From Octopus vulgaris (Eukaryota), in the NCBI GenBank assembly GCA_951406725.2, contig OX597817.1, positions 107,694,001-107,758,000 on the forward strand: 64,000 bases of DNA, given 5' to 3'. Positions 51,908-64,000 of the stretch are shown here, one piece after another. Position numbers and translations under genes: made by a program. Numbering within the stretch: the stretch's first letter is position 1; each line of letters begins with the position of its first letter. The notes beneath the pieces are model-generated. The model was not told the origin of the DNA. It did not search any database and saw only the letters and a list, made by a program, of their open reading frames with translations.

Positions 51908-52270
51908 TTATCTTTTACTTGTTTCACTCATTAGACTGCAGCCATGCTGGGTCACTGCCTTGAAGCATTTTAATCAAATAAATCAGCCTCAGTTACTTAC
52001 TTTTTAAGTCTGGCACTTCTTCTGTTGTTCTCTTTGCGAAATCACTAAGTTACAGGGGATGTAAACAAACCAATACCAGTTGTCAGGTGCTGGTGGTGGG
52101 GACAGATGGACAGACAGACACAATGGGCTTCCACACAGTCTCCATCTATTAAATTCACTCAACAAGGTATTGGTTGGCCTGCATCTATTGTAGAAGACAT
52201 TTGCCCAAAGTGCTGTGTTGTGGGACTGAACCAAAACCCATGTGATTGCAAAGCAAGTTTCTTAACAACA
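51908..52270 (-). mobile_element. SINE family A, full length
   Basis: Tail, body and head blocks present. Confidence 0.8.
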
Positions 52271-54683
52271 AAGTTATTTTAACTTTTAAAGAAAGGTTAC
52301 ATCTATAATTTGTCATTGTTTTTGCTGTTTTTCCCTAGGTTGACTCTAATCAAGCAGAGCTGTGATCACAGGCTTTCCTGAAATAACCAACCATCCTGTC
52401 TTGTTTATGCAGGACTTAAATCCAGAGCTGGCCTTAAGTCATGTATCACACAGGCTCAATGGTGTGCGAACATGGCCAGATGTCACATGAACCATTCTCC
52501 TGCCTAGGGTTAAATAGATGCTGTGCTTCAAGGATAAGCTCAGGGTAGAAAGAGACTAGTTGAATATATTGTTAATAAACCAGCAGAAGGTACAAGGAAA
52601 TCACTGCTGTAGCTTTCTCAAGAGAATTCATAAATTTTCACTCTTTGGCATGGAGAATCATGATTGCTGATGCTTGTAACCATGGCACATGAAACCAAAG
52701 AGAGAGAGAGAGAGAGGGAAAGAGCGAGAGGGGAGAAAGGGCTACATTATTTGATGTGCTTTCTTTATTTAAAATAGTGGAGTGTAGTTTGTGAGATATT
52801 TGGCTGCTATTTCTAGCCATTGGAGGAATTGTATAAATGCTTTCATTAGATTGCATTTATTGTTGTTGTTACTATTGGCTATTCTGTTTTTTGCAATGTG
52901 CATCGATAATTATTGTGTTTGTCCAAAGAACTTTGATGATGCTTATTTCAATACAAAAAAGATTGTTAAACCTTAATTTTTTTTTGTCTGTTTAAAACAA
53001 AGATATATTTTGTTTGTTTATGCTGACTGTTGTGTGTGTGTGTGTGCGCGCGTGCATGCACACATCTGTGTGTTTCTGTTTGTGTTTAACAGGTCAACCG
53101 TGACTGAAAAGACCTATGATTAAAAGCATTCAAGCTATGACCATGCTATATTTGACCATGATGTCTAATTGTGTCCTTTTTGGAGATAGTATGATGTAAT
53201 TTGAAGAAGATTTGCCTTCTGTTTCTAGCAAGTTGAGCAATCACATTGATGCTTCTGTGTCAATGGCTTATGTATGTGCATGTGTGGGATACATGTACTG
53301 TTGTTTTTTTGTTTTTTTTATTTTAAATGCTGGGTCTCAAGGAAAAGGCAGTGCCCAGAGCTTCTGGAAGTTCTCCTAAATTGGTGAGATTGGTGTTATA
53401 ATGTTCATCTTGAACCTGTAGGTCAACCAGTGTGGTAAACATATAAACCTGGAGAGAACTCCAGAAGGTCAATGTTCAAGGAAGGAAGGAAGGACTTAGC
53501 ATAATGGTTTGTGCAAAGACCTAGAGAATTGGACACAACAAATGTGATAAAAGAAGAAAGAAGCATTTAAGATAGGATCAGAATTAGTATGAGCCCAACT
53601 TGCCCCATTTATATATGACATGCAGGTCTAATACTAAAGAAATTCTGCTACTAATTCTAGCAGGTGAAGCAACTGTGGCCAGGGCTATCTTAGTGGCATT
53701 ATAAACCTCTGGTTAAAGCAATGCACTGGGGCCGCCTACATACATAATCATAGCTTAAATAGATTAAGTTCAAACCCTTAGACCAGTCAGGCCCCATTCC
53801 AGAAAACTATCTAGTTTGCCCATACCATACCTTAAGACAGTAGTGACCACAATCACATAAAATCTTCTTCGTAGGCTTCCCAGAGATATTTAGGTTTTGA
53901 GTTGTTCATATAATGTTAAATTCTTATAGTTTCTAGTCTGAAAATTAATACTTTGGGTATGTTTCTCTGATAAAATAAATGAAAGAATTGAGACAGTTTG
54001 GATTCTGCTTTTGTTTTTATAATTAACCACATAATATAACTTCATGGATTGTAAAACTTCTGTAGAAAAGTTCTTTTACTGCAATGAAATTCCTATTTCT
54101 AAAGAATTTCTGAGTTTCTAATTATATATAAAATCTCTTGTTGTTTAGTCCTAGAGCAATACTGGTTGAGCAAACCTGCAATCAAAGGTATTCCAACCAT
54201 GATTACCCTGTTCTTTGGGATGGGCAAAGTTTATCTTGAAGTCCATTTTAAAGGCGTTCTTCATTCATTTCAAACAGATATAGCTTGAGAAAAATTTGCT
54301 TACTATTTTGTTGTAGCCCTTGTGACATAGAGACTCCCTTTATTGGCTTCTATCAAATACCTTGACTGCTGAGCATTAGTAAAACTTACTGACATTTGAC
54401 AGTATATAACACATATGGTTTCCCTTTCTTGTAATCAGTTTTATTCATGTTCATTATATATTTGACAGTTGTTCTCTATACATTTCCATAATGAAAACAC
54501 TCTATGCCTTTCTGGTCTCAGATTTTTTAGCAGTTATTTATTTTTAGCTGTCTAATGTCCATATTTAAGGGAAACTAATCTCTCTTTGAAAGAGAAAACT
54601 TATTTAGTGAAAAGGTATTTATTTCTTTTGCTTTATTTCTTCTCAGAAATACATTTGGAATTAGAGAAGTTTCTTATTCACTG

Positions 54684-54725
<42 letters not shown>

Positions 54726-55980
54726 GCATACACATATAATATGTTATGATGATGATTATCTATTGTGATTCTTTCTTTTCCTTGATATGCTTGTTCATCA
54801 TTTCTTTTGAATTCATTGCTATGTTTCATTAATCAATAAGTATAACAATTATTGTATTAGCACTAATGATGAAGATTTACTATATCTGTCTCTCATAGTG
54901 AAGGACATTTTAAAACAACTTATTTTTCTCTCAGCAATTTTCTTTGCCTTTCTGTTTTTGTGATTAAATAATTAGCTTAGCTGCTTTCAAGCTTTAAATT
55001 TGTCTGTCATAAATCATTTTGCCTTTGAAACTGACATTAAATTTTCAGGGAGCCTGTCATTTGTTCATTTAACTATGTTCGTATTTATCAATGAATATGT
55101 ATATTATTTTAAAAAGCCTTTACTATGGTTACATATTAGCAACTTTATGTTGACGTAAAACTATGTTTTACATCATTGATTTCTGTTTGTGATTTTGTAA
55201 TTTTGTTCACTCATATACAGGAATGAATTTTAGATCAAAATGTTTGATAAATTTAATCTTTGGGAGAGACTAATTATCATTGCTATTGCTGTTAATATAA
55301 AATCAGATCTTATTGGCTTAACATCAAATGTTGATAAATATGCTGAATGAATTAAGCCTTCCCACAAACTTGAAATGGCTTTCTTTGCTCTTACATTCAA
55401 GTACAATATTGATTAAATTGGAATTACATTTTAATAGATTTTTGCTTTAAATAAAATTACTGTTTTGCTATTTAGATTTTACTTGTATAAATTTTTCACT
55501 TCAGGTTCTGAAAGAATATCATACAGAATATTGGTCTGAGAAATCATATCTATTATAATTTGTGTACCTGTTGTGATTGAAGTTCTAGATTTTTACTTAT
55601 TTCATATGTAAAAGTAGTAGATGTCTGTTGTACTTATGTTGCATATGACACTGCTACCTCTTTTTGTAATAAGTATTATTTTCTTCACAGTATGTGACAA
55701 AATATTACATTAACTTTATCCAGGCCACTGAATGTTCTGTCTAGAACATACTATAGATATAAATCAGAAAACAGAACATGCTAAAGATATGAATGGAGAA
55801 TTTTTAACTCAGGAAAGAATGAGCTTGTTTGTATGATATAACACTGAAATAAATTTCTGTTTAAATTTTTAAAAATATTCTTTTACAATTGAGTCAGTTA
55901 TATTATAGAAATCCGTCCATACTTCCAACAACTATTTACTGTGTGTGTGTTTATACAGCACTCTTATAATTTGTGGCAAT

Positions 55981-58650
55981 GTATTTCGTGTTGCAAGACA
56001 GTGTGTGAGAGAGAATCGTGATGTGGTAGGAGAGAAGTGTGTTCGCATGGATGATGGTTCACTTGCGCTAAATGAGGATGCAAAGAGAGAGGTTTGGAGA
56101 TGCCACTATGAAAGTTTGCTGAATAAAGAAAATGAATGGGATAAAGAGAGTCTGCCAAATGTTGACCCAACAGAGGGACCAGCTATCCGAGTTGATAGTT
56201 CCGTGGTAGCTAAGGCATTTAGAAGCATGAAGACAGGGAAAGCCCCAGGCCCATCAGGAATTACTGCAGAGATGCTCAAAATATCTGGCAGTGTCGGCTA
56301 TAACCTAGTCACCCGTATAGTCAACCAGGTGATACACGAAGGAGTCATACCCAATGACTGGTGTAGCAGCATACTAGTCAACTGCTACAAAGGTAAAGGT
56401 GATGCCCTGGATACAAATAATTACAGAGGTATCAAGCTGTTGGATCAGGTAATGAAGGTTACGGAGAGGGTCATAGCCCAACAAATTAGAGAGAGTTAGT
56501 TTAGATGAGATGCAGTTTGGGTTTGTCCCAGGGAAAAGCACCACTGATGCTATATTCCTGGTAAGGCAGCTGCAGGAGAAATACCTAGCCAAGGATAAGC
56601 CCCTGTACCTGGCTTTCGTTGACATGGAGAAAGCCTTTGATAGGGTCCCCCGATCCCTCATCTGGTGGTCAATGAGGAAACTAGGGATAGATGAATGGCT
56701 GGTGAGGGCTGTGCAAGCCATGTACAGAGATGCCGTAAGTAAGGTTAGAGTTGGCAACATGTACACAGAAGAATTCAAAGTAGAGGTTGGGGTCCACCAG
56801 GGTTCAGTACTCAGCCCCCTCCTATTTATCATAGTCCTCCAGGCAATAACGGAGGAATTCAAGACAGGTTGCCCCTGGGAGCTCCTCTATGCTGACGACC
56901 TCGCTCTAATCGCTGAGTCACTATCAGAACTGGAGGAGAAGTTCCAGGTGTGGAAGGAGGGTTTAGAATCGAGGGGCCTTAGAGTCAACCTAGCTAAAAC
57001 CAAAGTACTAATAAGTAGAAAGGTAGAAAACCCACAAATATCATCAGGAAGATGGCCCTGCTCGATCTGTAGAAAAGGTGTAGGTAGAAACTCTATAAGA
57101 TGTACCCAGTGTAAGCTATGGACACATAAGAGGTGCAGCAATGTCAAAGGTAGGCTAACTGGGAAGATAGTTTTTGTATGTGGCAGGTGCTCTGGAGCAT
57201 TGACCTCCGAAAATCTGCAGAAAACAACTTCTGTCACTTTCCGGGGGAAAAACTAGAAGTAGTTGATAGTTTCCGCTATCTAGGTGACCAAGTCAGTAGT
57301 GGGGGTGGGTGCGCTGAAAGTGTAACTGCTAGAATAAGAATAGCCTGGGCAAAGTTTAGGGAGCTCTTACCTCTGCTGGTGACTAAAGGCCTCTCGCTCA
57401 GAGTAAAAGGCAGACTGTATGATGCATGTGTACGAACAGCTATGCTACATGGCAGTGAAACATGGGCCGTGACTGCTGAGGACATGCGTAAGCTCGTGAG
57501 GAACGAAGCCAGTATGCTCCGATGGATGTGTAATGTCAGTGTACTTACTCGACAGAGCGTTAGTACCTTGAGAGAAATGTTGTACCTAAGAAGCATCAGT
57601 TGTTGTGTGCAAGAGAGACGATTGCGCTGGTATGGTCATGTGGCGAGAATGGATGAAGATAGGTGTGTGAGAAAGTGCCAATCCCTAGCAGTTGAGGGAA
57701 CCCGTGGAAGAGGTAGACCCAGGAAAATCTGGGACGAGGTGGTGAAGCACGACCTTCGGACGTTAGGTCTCACCATGGAAATGACTAGAGACCGAGACCT
57801 ATGGAAGTATGCTGTGCGTGAGAAGACCCGGCAAGACTAGTGAAGCCATAAACCGTGGCCCCTACCTGGGACGTAGTCAGTCCACCTGTGCATACCTTCC
57901 TTCTTGTGACACTTGTGAAGACCTGTTGAGGCAAGTGAGAATCGAATCGTATCAAATCAAATCGAACCAAATCGAAATAGATGAACATCAATGGAATTTG
58001 TATCCTTGTGGTACCAGTGCCGGTGGCACATAAGAAAACCATCCGAACGTGACCGTAGCCAGTACCGCAATGACTGGCCTCCGTGCTGAGGGCACGTAAC
58101 AAACACCATCCGAGCGCGGCCGTCCGCCAGCCTCGTCTGGCACCTGTGTCGGTGACACATAAGAAAACACCATCCGAGCGTGGCCGTCTGCCAGCCTCGT
58201 CTGGCACCTGTGTCGGTGGCACATAAAAAACACCATCCGTGCGTGGCCGTCTGCCAGCCTCGTCTGGCACCTGTGTCGGTGGCACATAAAAAACACCATC
58301 CGAGCGTGGCCGTCTGCCAGCCTCGTCTGGCACCTGTGTCGGTGGCACATAAAAAACACCATCCGAGCGTGGCCGTCTGCCAGCCTCGTCTGGCACCTGT
58401 GTCGGTGGCACATAAAAAACACCATCCGAGCGTGGCCGTCTGCCAGCCTCGTCTGGCACCTGTGTCGGTGGCACATAAAATCACCCACTACACTCTCGGA
58501 GTGGTTGGCGTTAGGAAGGGCATCCAGCTGTAGAAACACTGCCACATCTGACTGGCCTGGTGCAGCCTTCGGGCTTCCCAGACCCCAGTTGAACCGTCCA
58601 ACCCATGCTAGCATGGAAAGCGGACGTTAAATGATGATGATGATGATGAT
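55981..58650 (+). mobile_element. Young 5'-truncated RTE-clade LINE (RT, PHD finger, C-terminal domain, 3' UTR, (GAT)n tail)
   Basis: KAPGPSG, NYRGIKLL, QFGFVPG, FVDMEKAFDRV, GVHQGSVLSPLLF, LLYADD, FRYLG, RRLRWYGHV and RGRGRPR motifs in three overlapping frames; stop TAG at 57838-57840; tail at 58630-58650. No endonuclease domain and no TSD seen. Confidence 0.95.
58101..58480 (+). repeat. 63-bp GC-rich minisatellite, 6 near-identical units, in the RTE 3' UTR
   Basis: cacctgtgtc recurs at 58141, 58205, 58268, 58331, 58394 and 58457. Confidence 0.95.
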
Positions 58651-58682
58651 ATAAATACATGTTAATAAATACCAAGTTTAAG

Positions 58683-59110
58683 TCATCGTTGTTGTAACAT
58701 TCACATTTCCATGCTTGCATGCATTGCATAGAATTTGTTATGGTGGATTCCCTTTGGTTGAACACTCTTTCTGTCACCAACCTTCACTTATTTCCTAGTT
58801 AGGTAATATTTCACCATGACTAGATATGTTTTCATGGAAGACTGAAAAACGAAGGACATTACCTGCATGATCATGACGTTCACAACTTTTGTGTGATGTC
58901 AAGGCAAGGAGACAGTCAATTGTGGGGGGAACATGCACTCACTCTCTCACACACACACACAGCTTCTTTCAATTTCTTTCTACTAAATCCACTCACAAAG
59001 CTTTGGTTGGCCTAGGGATATAGAAGAAAATACTTTCCCAAGGTGACATGATGGAACTGAATCCAAAACTGTGTTTAGGAAGCAAACTTATTACTGCTCA
59101 GCCATTGCTC
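58683..59110 (-). mobile_element. SINE (family A head + RTE-like tail)
   Basis: Same organisation as 14551-14905 and the reverse of 34010-34616. Confidence 0.65.
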
Positions 59111-59461
59111 CACCCATTTTTTTTTTCATTATTTTTAATAACGATTTTATATTTCATAAGAATTAGAAATAAATTTAAACCTAACAATAATGCTTTCAAA
59201 ACATTTAGGCATTATCCATCATATTTATAAATGTGAATGTTGCAGTTTTGGCATTATATTACTTCAAAGAAAATCATTAATTTTATTATTTATGCATGGA
59301 TATATTTTATATTAAGAGATAACACTTTGTAGATAAAAGTTCTCTAATTAAATGTGTAAAAAAATAAATTCTGAAGTTAGGAGAGGATGGGAAATATTGA
59401 TGACTTTTTCAGGTCCTCCCAGCTTAGTGAGATTTAAGTAATCATTCCTGAAAGTCTACAG

Positions 59462-59607
59462 CAGTCATGGGCAAACTGTGGCCCATGGAACTCTCTAAAT
59501 GGTATTCCTAATATAAAATTGCCATCAATCTTTTTAGTAGTGTGGTCTGCCTGATGATAAACTATGTCTCATGAGGCCTGCTTTATGAAATAAGTTGCTC
59601 ATGTTTG
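59462..59607. mobile_element. Decayed hAT-like MITE
   Basis: cagtcatgggcaaact...aagttgctcatgtttg resembles the TIRs at 14341-14540; TSD degenerate. Confidence 0.35.
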
Positions 59608-59799
59608 ATGTATAGGAATTGTAAAATGTAACAGGGAGGGAAATGGAAGTTAAGTTTCAATGTTTGAAACATTAATGTTTTTTCTAAAAAGAATATGGAT
59701 CTGTATCAGTTTCAACAATGAATGTATAGTGGTTTAGTCTACTAATCTACCTACTTATTAAATCATCATTTGAATAGTTGAGTATTCCATACACCCATG

Positions 59800-60126
59800 T
59801 ATAAACTGGCACTCACTTGATTATGATGAAGTTTCCAGTTGATCCAATCAATTGAATAGGCTGCTCATGAAATTAACATGCATGTGGCTGTGCACTCCAC
59901 AGACATATGTACTCTTAACATAGTTGTCAGGGAGATTCAGCATGGCATAGAGTGTGATAAGGCTGGCCCTTCAAAATACAGGTACTATTCATTTTTGCCA
60001 GCTGAGTGGACTGGAGCAATGTGAAATAAAGTGTCTTGCTCAAGAACACAATGCGTCGCTGAGAATTGAACTCACAACCTTATGATTGTGAGCCAAATAC
60101 TCTAGCCACTAAGCCACATGCCTTCA
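59800..60126 (-). mobile_element. SINE family C
   Basis: Head region colinear with 24900-25044. Confidence 0.75.
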
Positions 60127-60800
60127 TGCACCCATGTGTACCCTTACCATAATCTTCAATCAAAATTAGGCTTCAACACAGTTTCCTTCACAAGGTTTGG
60201 GTTGAACTGAAGCTGTGGTAAAAGACACTTGCCCAAGATACCATATTGTAAGATTAAACTCAATATGTTGTGGTGGGAAGCAAACTTCCAGACAATTTGA
60301 CTATATGATAGAGAATAACAATTTATAAACCACTTTAGCTATTTCACAAAAAGCAAACCAAATAGTATAACACTGTATAAATAAGGAAATAGAAAAAATT
60401 CAGTTAAAGAAATTGATTTTTGAAAGAAAAACAATTAACCTAAAGATTAAAACCAGACATATAAAGAAAAGGAAAAGAAATGAAATAAATGAGGTGACTT
60501 TTTATTCAAAATAAAACTGAAATTTATTATGACTGTATGCTTCAAGTATTTTACTTACATTTCAGCTCTATATAATCCTATCTACATGTTTATTTGAATT
60601 GCAAAATCAACATCTTTATCTGATTATAATGTGCTAGTTTAACTGTGGAAATGATTGAGCTTACTATAAGCTCATAACTTCTATTTTACTTAGCATTTTT
60701 GTTGCTATTAAATCAATGTTTTCAATATCTGCTATATTCAAAGCCTTCTATATTAGTTTTAGCATCTCTTCTCTCTCAGGATATATACGTATGTATATAT

Positions 60801-62680
60801 ATCATCATCATCATCATCATCATCATCATTTAATGTCCGCTTTCCATGCTGGCATGGGCTGGAAGGTTTGACTGAGGACTGGTGAGCCAATGGATGCACC
60901 AGGCTCAATCTGATCTGGCAAAGTTTCTACAGCTGGATGTCCTTCCTAATGCCAACCACTCCAAGAGTGAAGTGGATGCTTTTCATGCCACCAGCATGAG
61001 GGCCAGTGAGGTGGTTCTGGCAACAACCATGCTCAAAAGGTGTTTCTTACAAGCTACCTGCATGGGAGCCAGTCCGGTGGCATTGGCAATGACCATGCTC
61101 AAGTGTTGTTTTTCACATGCCACCAGCACATGTGCCGGTAAGGAGACGCTGGCAACAATCATGCTTGAGTGGTGCTTTTTATGTGCCACCAGCATGGGAG
61201 CCGATCTGTAGCCCTGGCAATGATCAGATGTGCTTTTAACATTCCACTGGCACAAGTGCCAATCAGGCGGTACTGTCTTTGGCTGCATCAGGGATTTTGA
61301 TTTCACTTGCCTCAATAGGTCTTCGCAAGCAAAGTTTATTGTCCAATGAATGAGGAGTATTCATAAGTGGGCTGGTTACACCCACTGGCATAGGCCATGG
61401 GCTATGGTCTCACTTGGCTTGTCGGGTCTTCTCAAGCACAGCATATCTCCAAAGGTCTCAGTCACTAGTCATTGCCTTGGTAAGGCCCAATGTTCGAAGG
61501 TCGTACTTCACCACCTCATCCCTGGTTTTCCTGAGTCTACCTCTTCCACAGGTTCCCTCTACTGCTAGGGTGTGACACTTTTTCACACAGCTGTCCTCAT
61601 TCATTTGCAACACATGACCATACCAGCTGTCTTAATAGAAATATAGTGGTGCTTTTTCCTGGCACAAACCCAAACTGCATCTCATCTAGGCTGACTCTCT
61701 CCCTAATTAGTTGGGTTATGATCCTCTCCGTGACCTTCATTACCTGATCCAACAACTTGATACCTCTGTAATTATTTGTATCTAATGTGTCACCTTTACC
61801 TTTGTAGCAGTTGACTATAGTGCTGCTTCACCAGTCATTGGGGATGACTCCTTCATGTATCACCTGGTTAACTATATGGGTGACTAGGCTATAGCCGACA
61901 CCCAGATATTTTGAGCATCTCTGCAGAGATTCCTGAAGGGCCGGGGGCTTTCCCTGTCTTGATACCCTTAATTGCTTTATCTACCAAGGTATTGTCAATT
62001 CGGATAGCTGGTTCCTCTGTTGGGTCGGCATTTGGTAGACTCTCTTTCTCCCATTCATTCTTTTTATTTAGGAACTTTTGATAGTGGCGTCTCCAAACCT
62101 CTCTCTTTGCAGCCTCATTTAATGCAAGTAAATCATCATCCATGTGGACACATTTCTCTCCTATGACATCAAAATTCTCTCTCACACACACTGTCTTGCA
62201 ACATGAAATACCTCAAGTCTTTGGTCCTCACAGTGTAGAACATTGGCAAATTTTTTCTTATCTGCTTCCCCTCTGGCTAAATAAACCTGTCTCCTAGCTT
62301 CCCTTCTGGCAGTCTGATGCAATTCCCTGCTGCCATCGTTCTTCCAGTCCTTCCAAGCCTGTTTCTTTTCCCTAATAGCCCTGTCAATAACATTGTTCCC
62401 CCACCATATTACCTTGTGTTAAGAGGGGACTTTGCACCATCCACAGATCTGGTTAGTGGTCCTCAGCAGGTTGTCCCATACAAACCTCCAGTTGTCTTCC
62501 ACAGCATGTGATACTATATCCCCCTCTATTTCATCAAAGGCTTCGAGTAATATGTCTCTAAATCTATGTCTATTCGCAGGATCTTTAAGCTTCCAGACCT
62601 TTCTCCTCCATGCTGGTCATCTTCTAAGCATCCATCTAGCCCTGATCCCGAAGTCGCTAATTACTAGTCTATGTTGTGGG
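60801..62680 (-). mobile_element. RTE LINE copy with internal deletions (end of endonuclease, linker, N-terminal RT, C-terminus, UTR, tail)
   Basis: (ATC)n at 60801; PQHRLVISDF at the 5' end; CVRENFDVIGEKCV..KAPGPSG matches the 55981 copy. A junction near 61630 removes the RT core and PHD finger. Confidence 0.92.
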
Positions 62681-63002
62681 ATACATGACAGAAAAAGGGT
62701 TAAGATAAAAGATAAAGCAAAGAAGAATGTATATATATATATATATGTGCAGAGAGAGAGAGAGAGAGAGTGCTTGTGTCATAAAAATGTTGTGCTTCAG
62801 CACTTAGAAATTAGAAAATGGTTGGTTCTCCAACTTCTCTAGGAATTTTGTTTCCTGTGAGCTTTATTTATTGTTTCCAGAGAAGCTTCTTCACTGAGAA
62901 CAGGTGTTTGCATAATTAGATTTAAAAAAAAAAAAAACATCGATCATTTTGACATTACTTAAAACTGGCATTAAATTTCCATTTAGTTGATTAATGCAAG
63001 CC

Positions 63003-63040
63003 TCTGTATGTGTTTGTGCATGTGTGTGTGCATATGCACA

Positions 63041-63123
<83 letters not shown>

Positions 63124-63247
63124 GTATATATATATATGTAAATATATATATGTGTATATTTATATATGTGTAAATGTATGTGTATATGTATGTGTATATA
63201 TGTGTGTGTGTGTATGTATGTATATATATATATGTGTGTGTATGTAT
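63003..63247. repeat. (TA)n/(TG)n compound microsatellite
   Basis: Directly visible. Confidence 0.95.
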
Positions 63248-64000
63248 ATCATTTAACGTCCGCTTTCCATGCTAGCATGGGTTGGACAATTTGACTAAGG
63301 ACTGGCGAACCAGATGACTGCACCAGGCTCCAATCTGATCTGGCAGAGTTTCTACAGCTGGATGCCCTTCCTAACGCCAACCACTCCGAGAGTGTAGTGG
63401 GTGCTTTTATGTGCTACCAGCACAAGGGCCAGTCTGGCGGTACTGGCAACGGCCACGCTCAAATGGTGTTTTTTACGTGCCACCTGCACAGGAGTCAGTC
63501 TAGTGGCACTGGCAACGACCTCGCTCGAATGTTTTGTTCACGTCCCACCGGCACAAGTGCCAGTAAGGCAACGCAAGTAATGATCATGCTCAAATGGTGC
63601 TTTTTACGTGCCACTGGCACGGAAGCCAGACAGCTGCTCTGGCAGTGATCCCACTTGGATGGAGCTGTTAGCACTCACTGGCAAGGGTGCCAGTCATCGA
63701 ATTTGGTTCAATTTTGATTTCACTTGCCCCAACAGGTCTTCGCAAGCAGAGTTTAGTGTCCAATGAAGGAAGGTTGGCATGGGTGCCAGTCGAATTTGGT
63801 TCGATTTCGAATTCAATTTCGATTTTGATTTTGATTTCATTTGCCTCAACAGGTTTTCTCAAGCAGAGTTTGTGTCCAAAGGAAAGGTACTCATAAGTGG
63901 GCTGGCTACACCCCTGGTAAAGGCCACCAGTTATGGTCTCACTCGTCTTACTAGGTCTTCTCACACACAGCATATTTCCAAAGGTCTCGGTCACTAGTCA
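63248..64000 (-). mobile_element. RTE LINE 3' end, running off the window
   Basis: catttaacgtccgctttccatgctagcatggg is the exact reverse complement of 58602-58633; diverged ~63-bp UTR units; ORF end near 63950. Confidence 0.92.

Noticed and set aside
55690-55835. Possible SLC4 exon after tttatccAG
   Set aside because: There is a stop codon in the required phase and no similarity to the expected PSQRVQFILG region.
55945-55980. N-terminus MCLYSTLIICGN of the 184-aa ORF
   Set aside because: It is flanking sequence read in frame by chance; RTE homology begins at 55981.
57785-58614. Minus-strand ORFs with 21-aa repeats (VPPTQVPDEAGRRPRSDGVFY and other frames)
   Set aside because: They result from a stop-free 63-bp minisatellite in the RTE 3' UTR; the frames and peptides are not preserved in the related copies.
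60980-61280. CRISPR-like pattern of a conserved core with variable intervening segments (also 32470-32830, 63400-63700)
   Set aside because: The intervening segments are homologous to one another, the array lies in a LINE UTR in eukaryotic DNA, and there are no cas genes.

Overview
AT-rich, microsatellite- and SINE-dense animal genomic DNA. The repeat complement (tRNA-derived SINEs, an RTE LINE with a (GAT)n tail, Penelope-like elements) resembles Octopus or another cephalopod, which is an inference. Almost all ORFs in the supplied track are spurious or transposon-derived. The only host gene I can support is a + strand SLC4-family Na+-coupled bicarbonate transporter (NDCBE/NBC/Ndae1-like). 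It is represented by two spliced exons (36893-37039 with the ATG at 36940, and 38604-38720) plus a weak 27-nt microexon candidate at 50949-50975. The rest of the window appears to be its introns. They contain a young 5'-truncated RTE LINE with a C4HC3 PHD finger inside ORF2 and a 63-bp minisatellite in its 3' UTR, inverted partner RTE copies, two head-to-head Penelope-like RT/GIY-YIG relics, Tc1/mariner relics, hAT and piggyBac-type MITEs (one nested) and many SINEs. The most unusual signal is a set of about seven non-coding elements carrying degenerate hammerhead-ribozyme motifs. Several are long fold-backs, one has been duplicated almost exactly 6.1 kb away, and one holds two hammerheads back to back. 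With the inverted LINEs and kilobase (UR)n arrays, these give the pre-mRNA a high potential to form dsRNA. All alignments and counts were done by eye and no database search was run.
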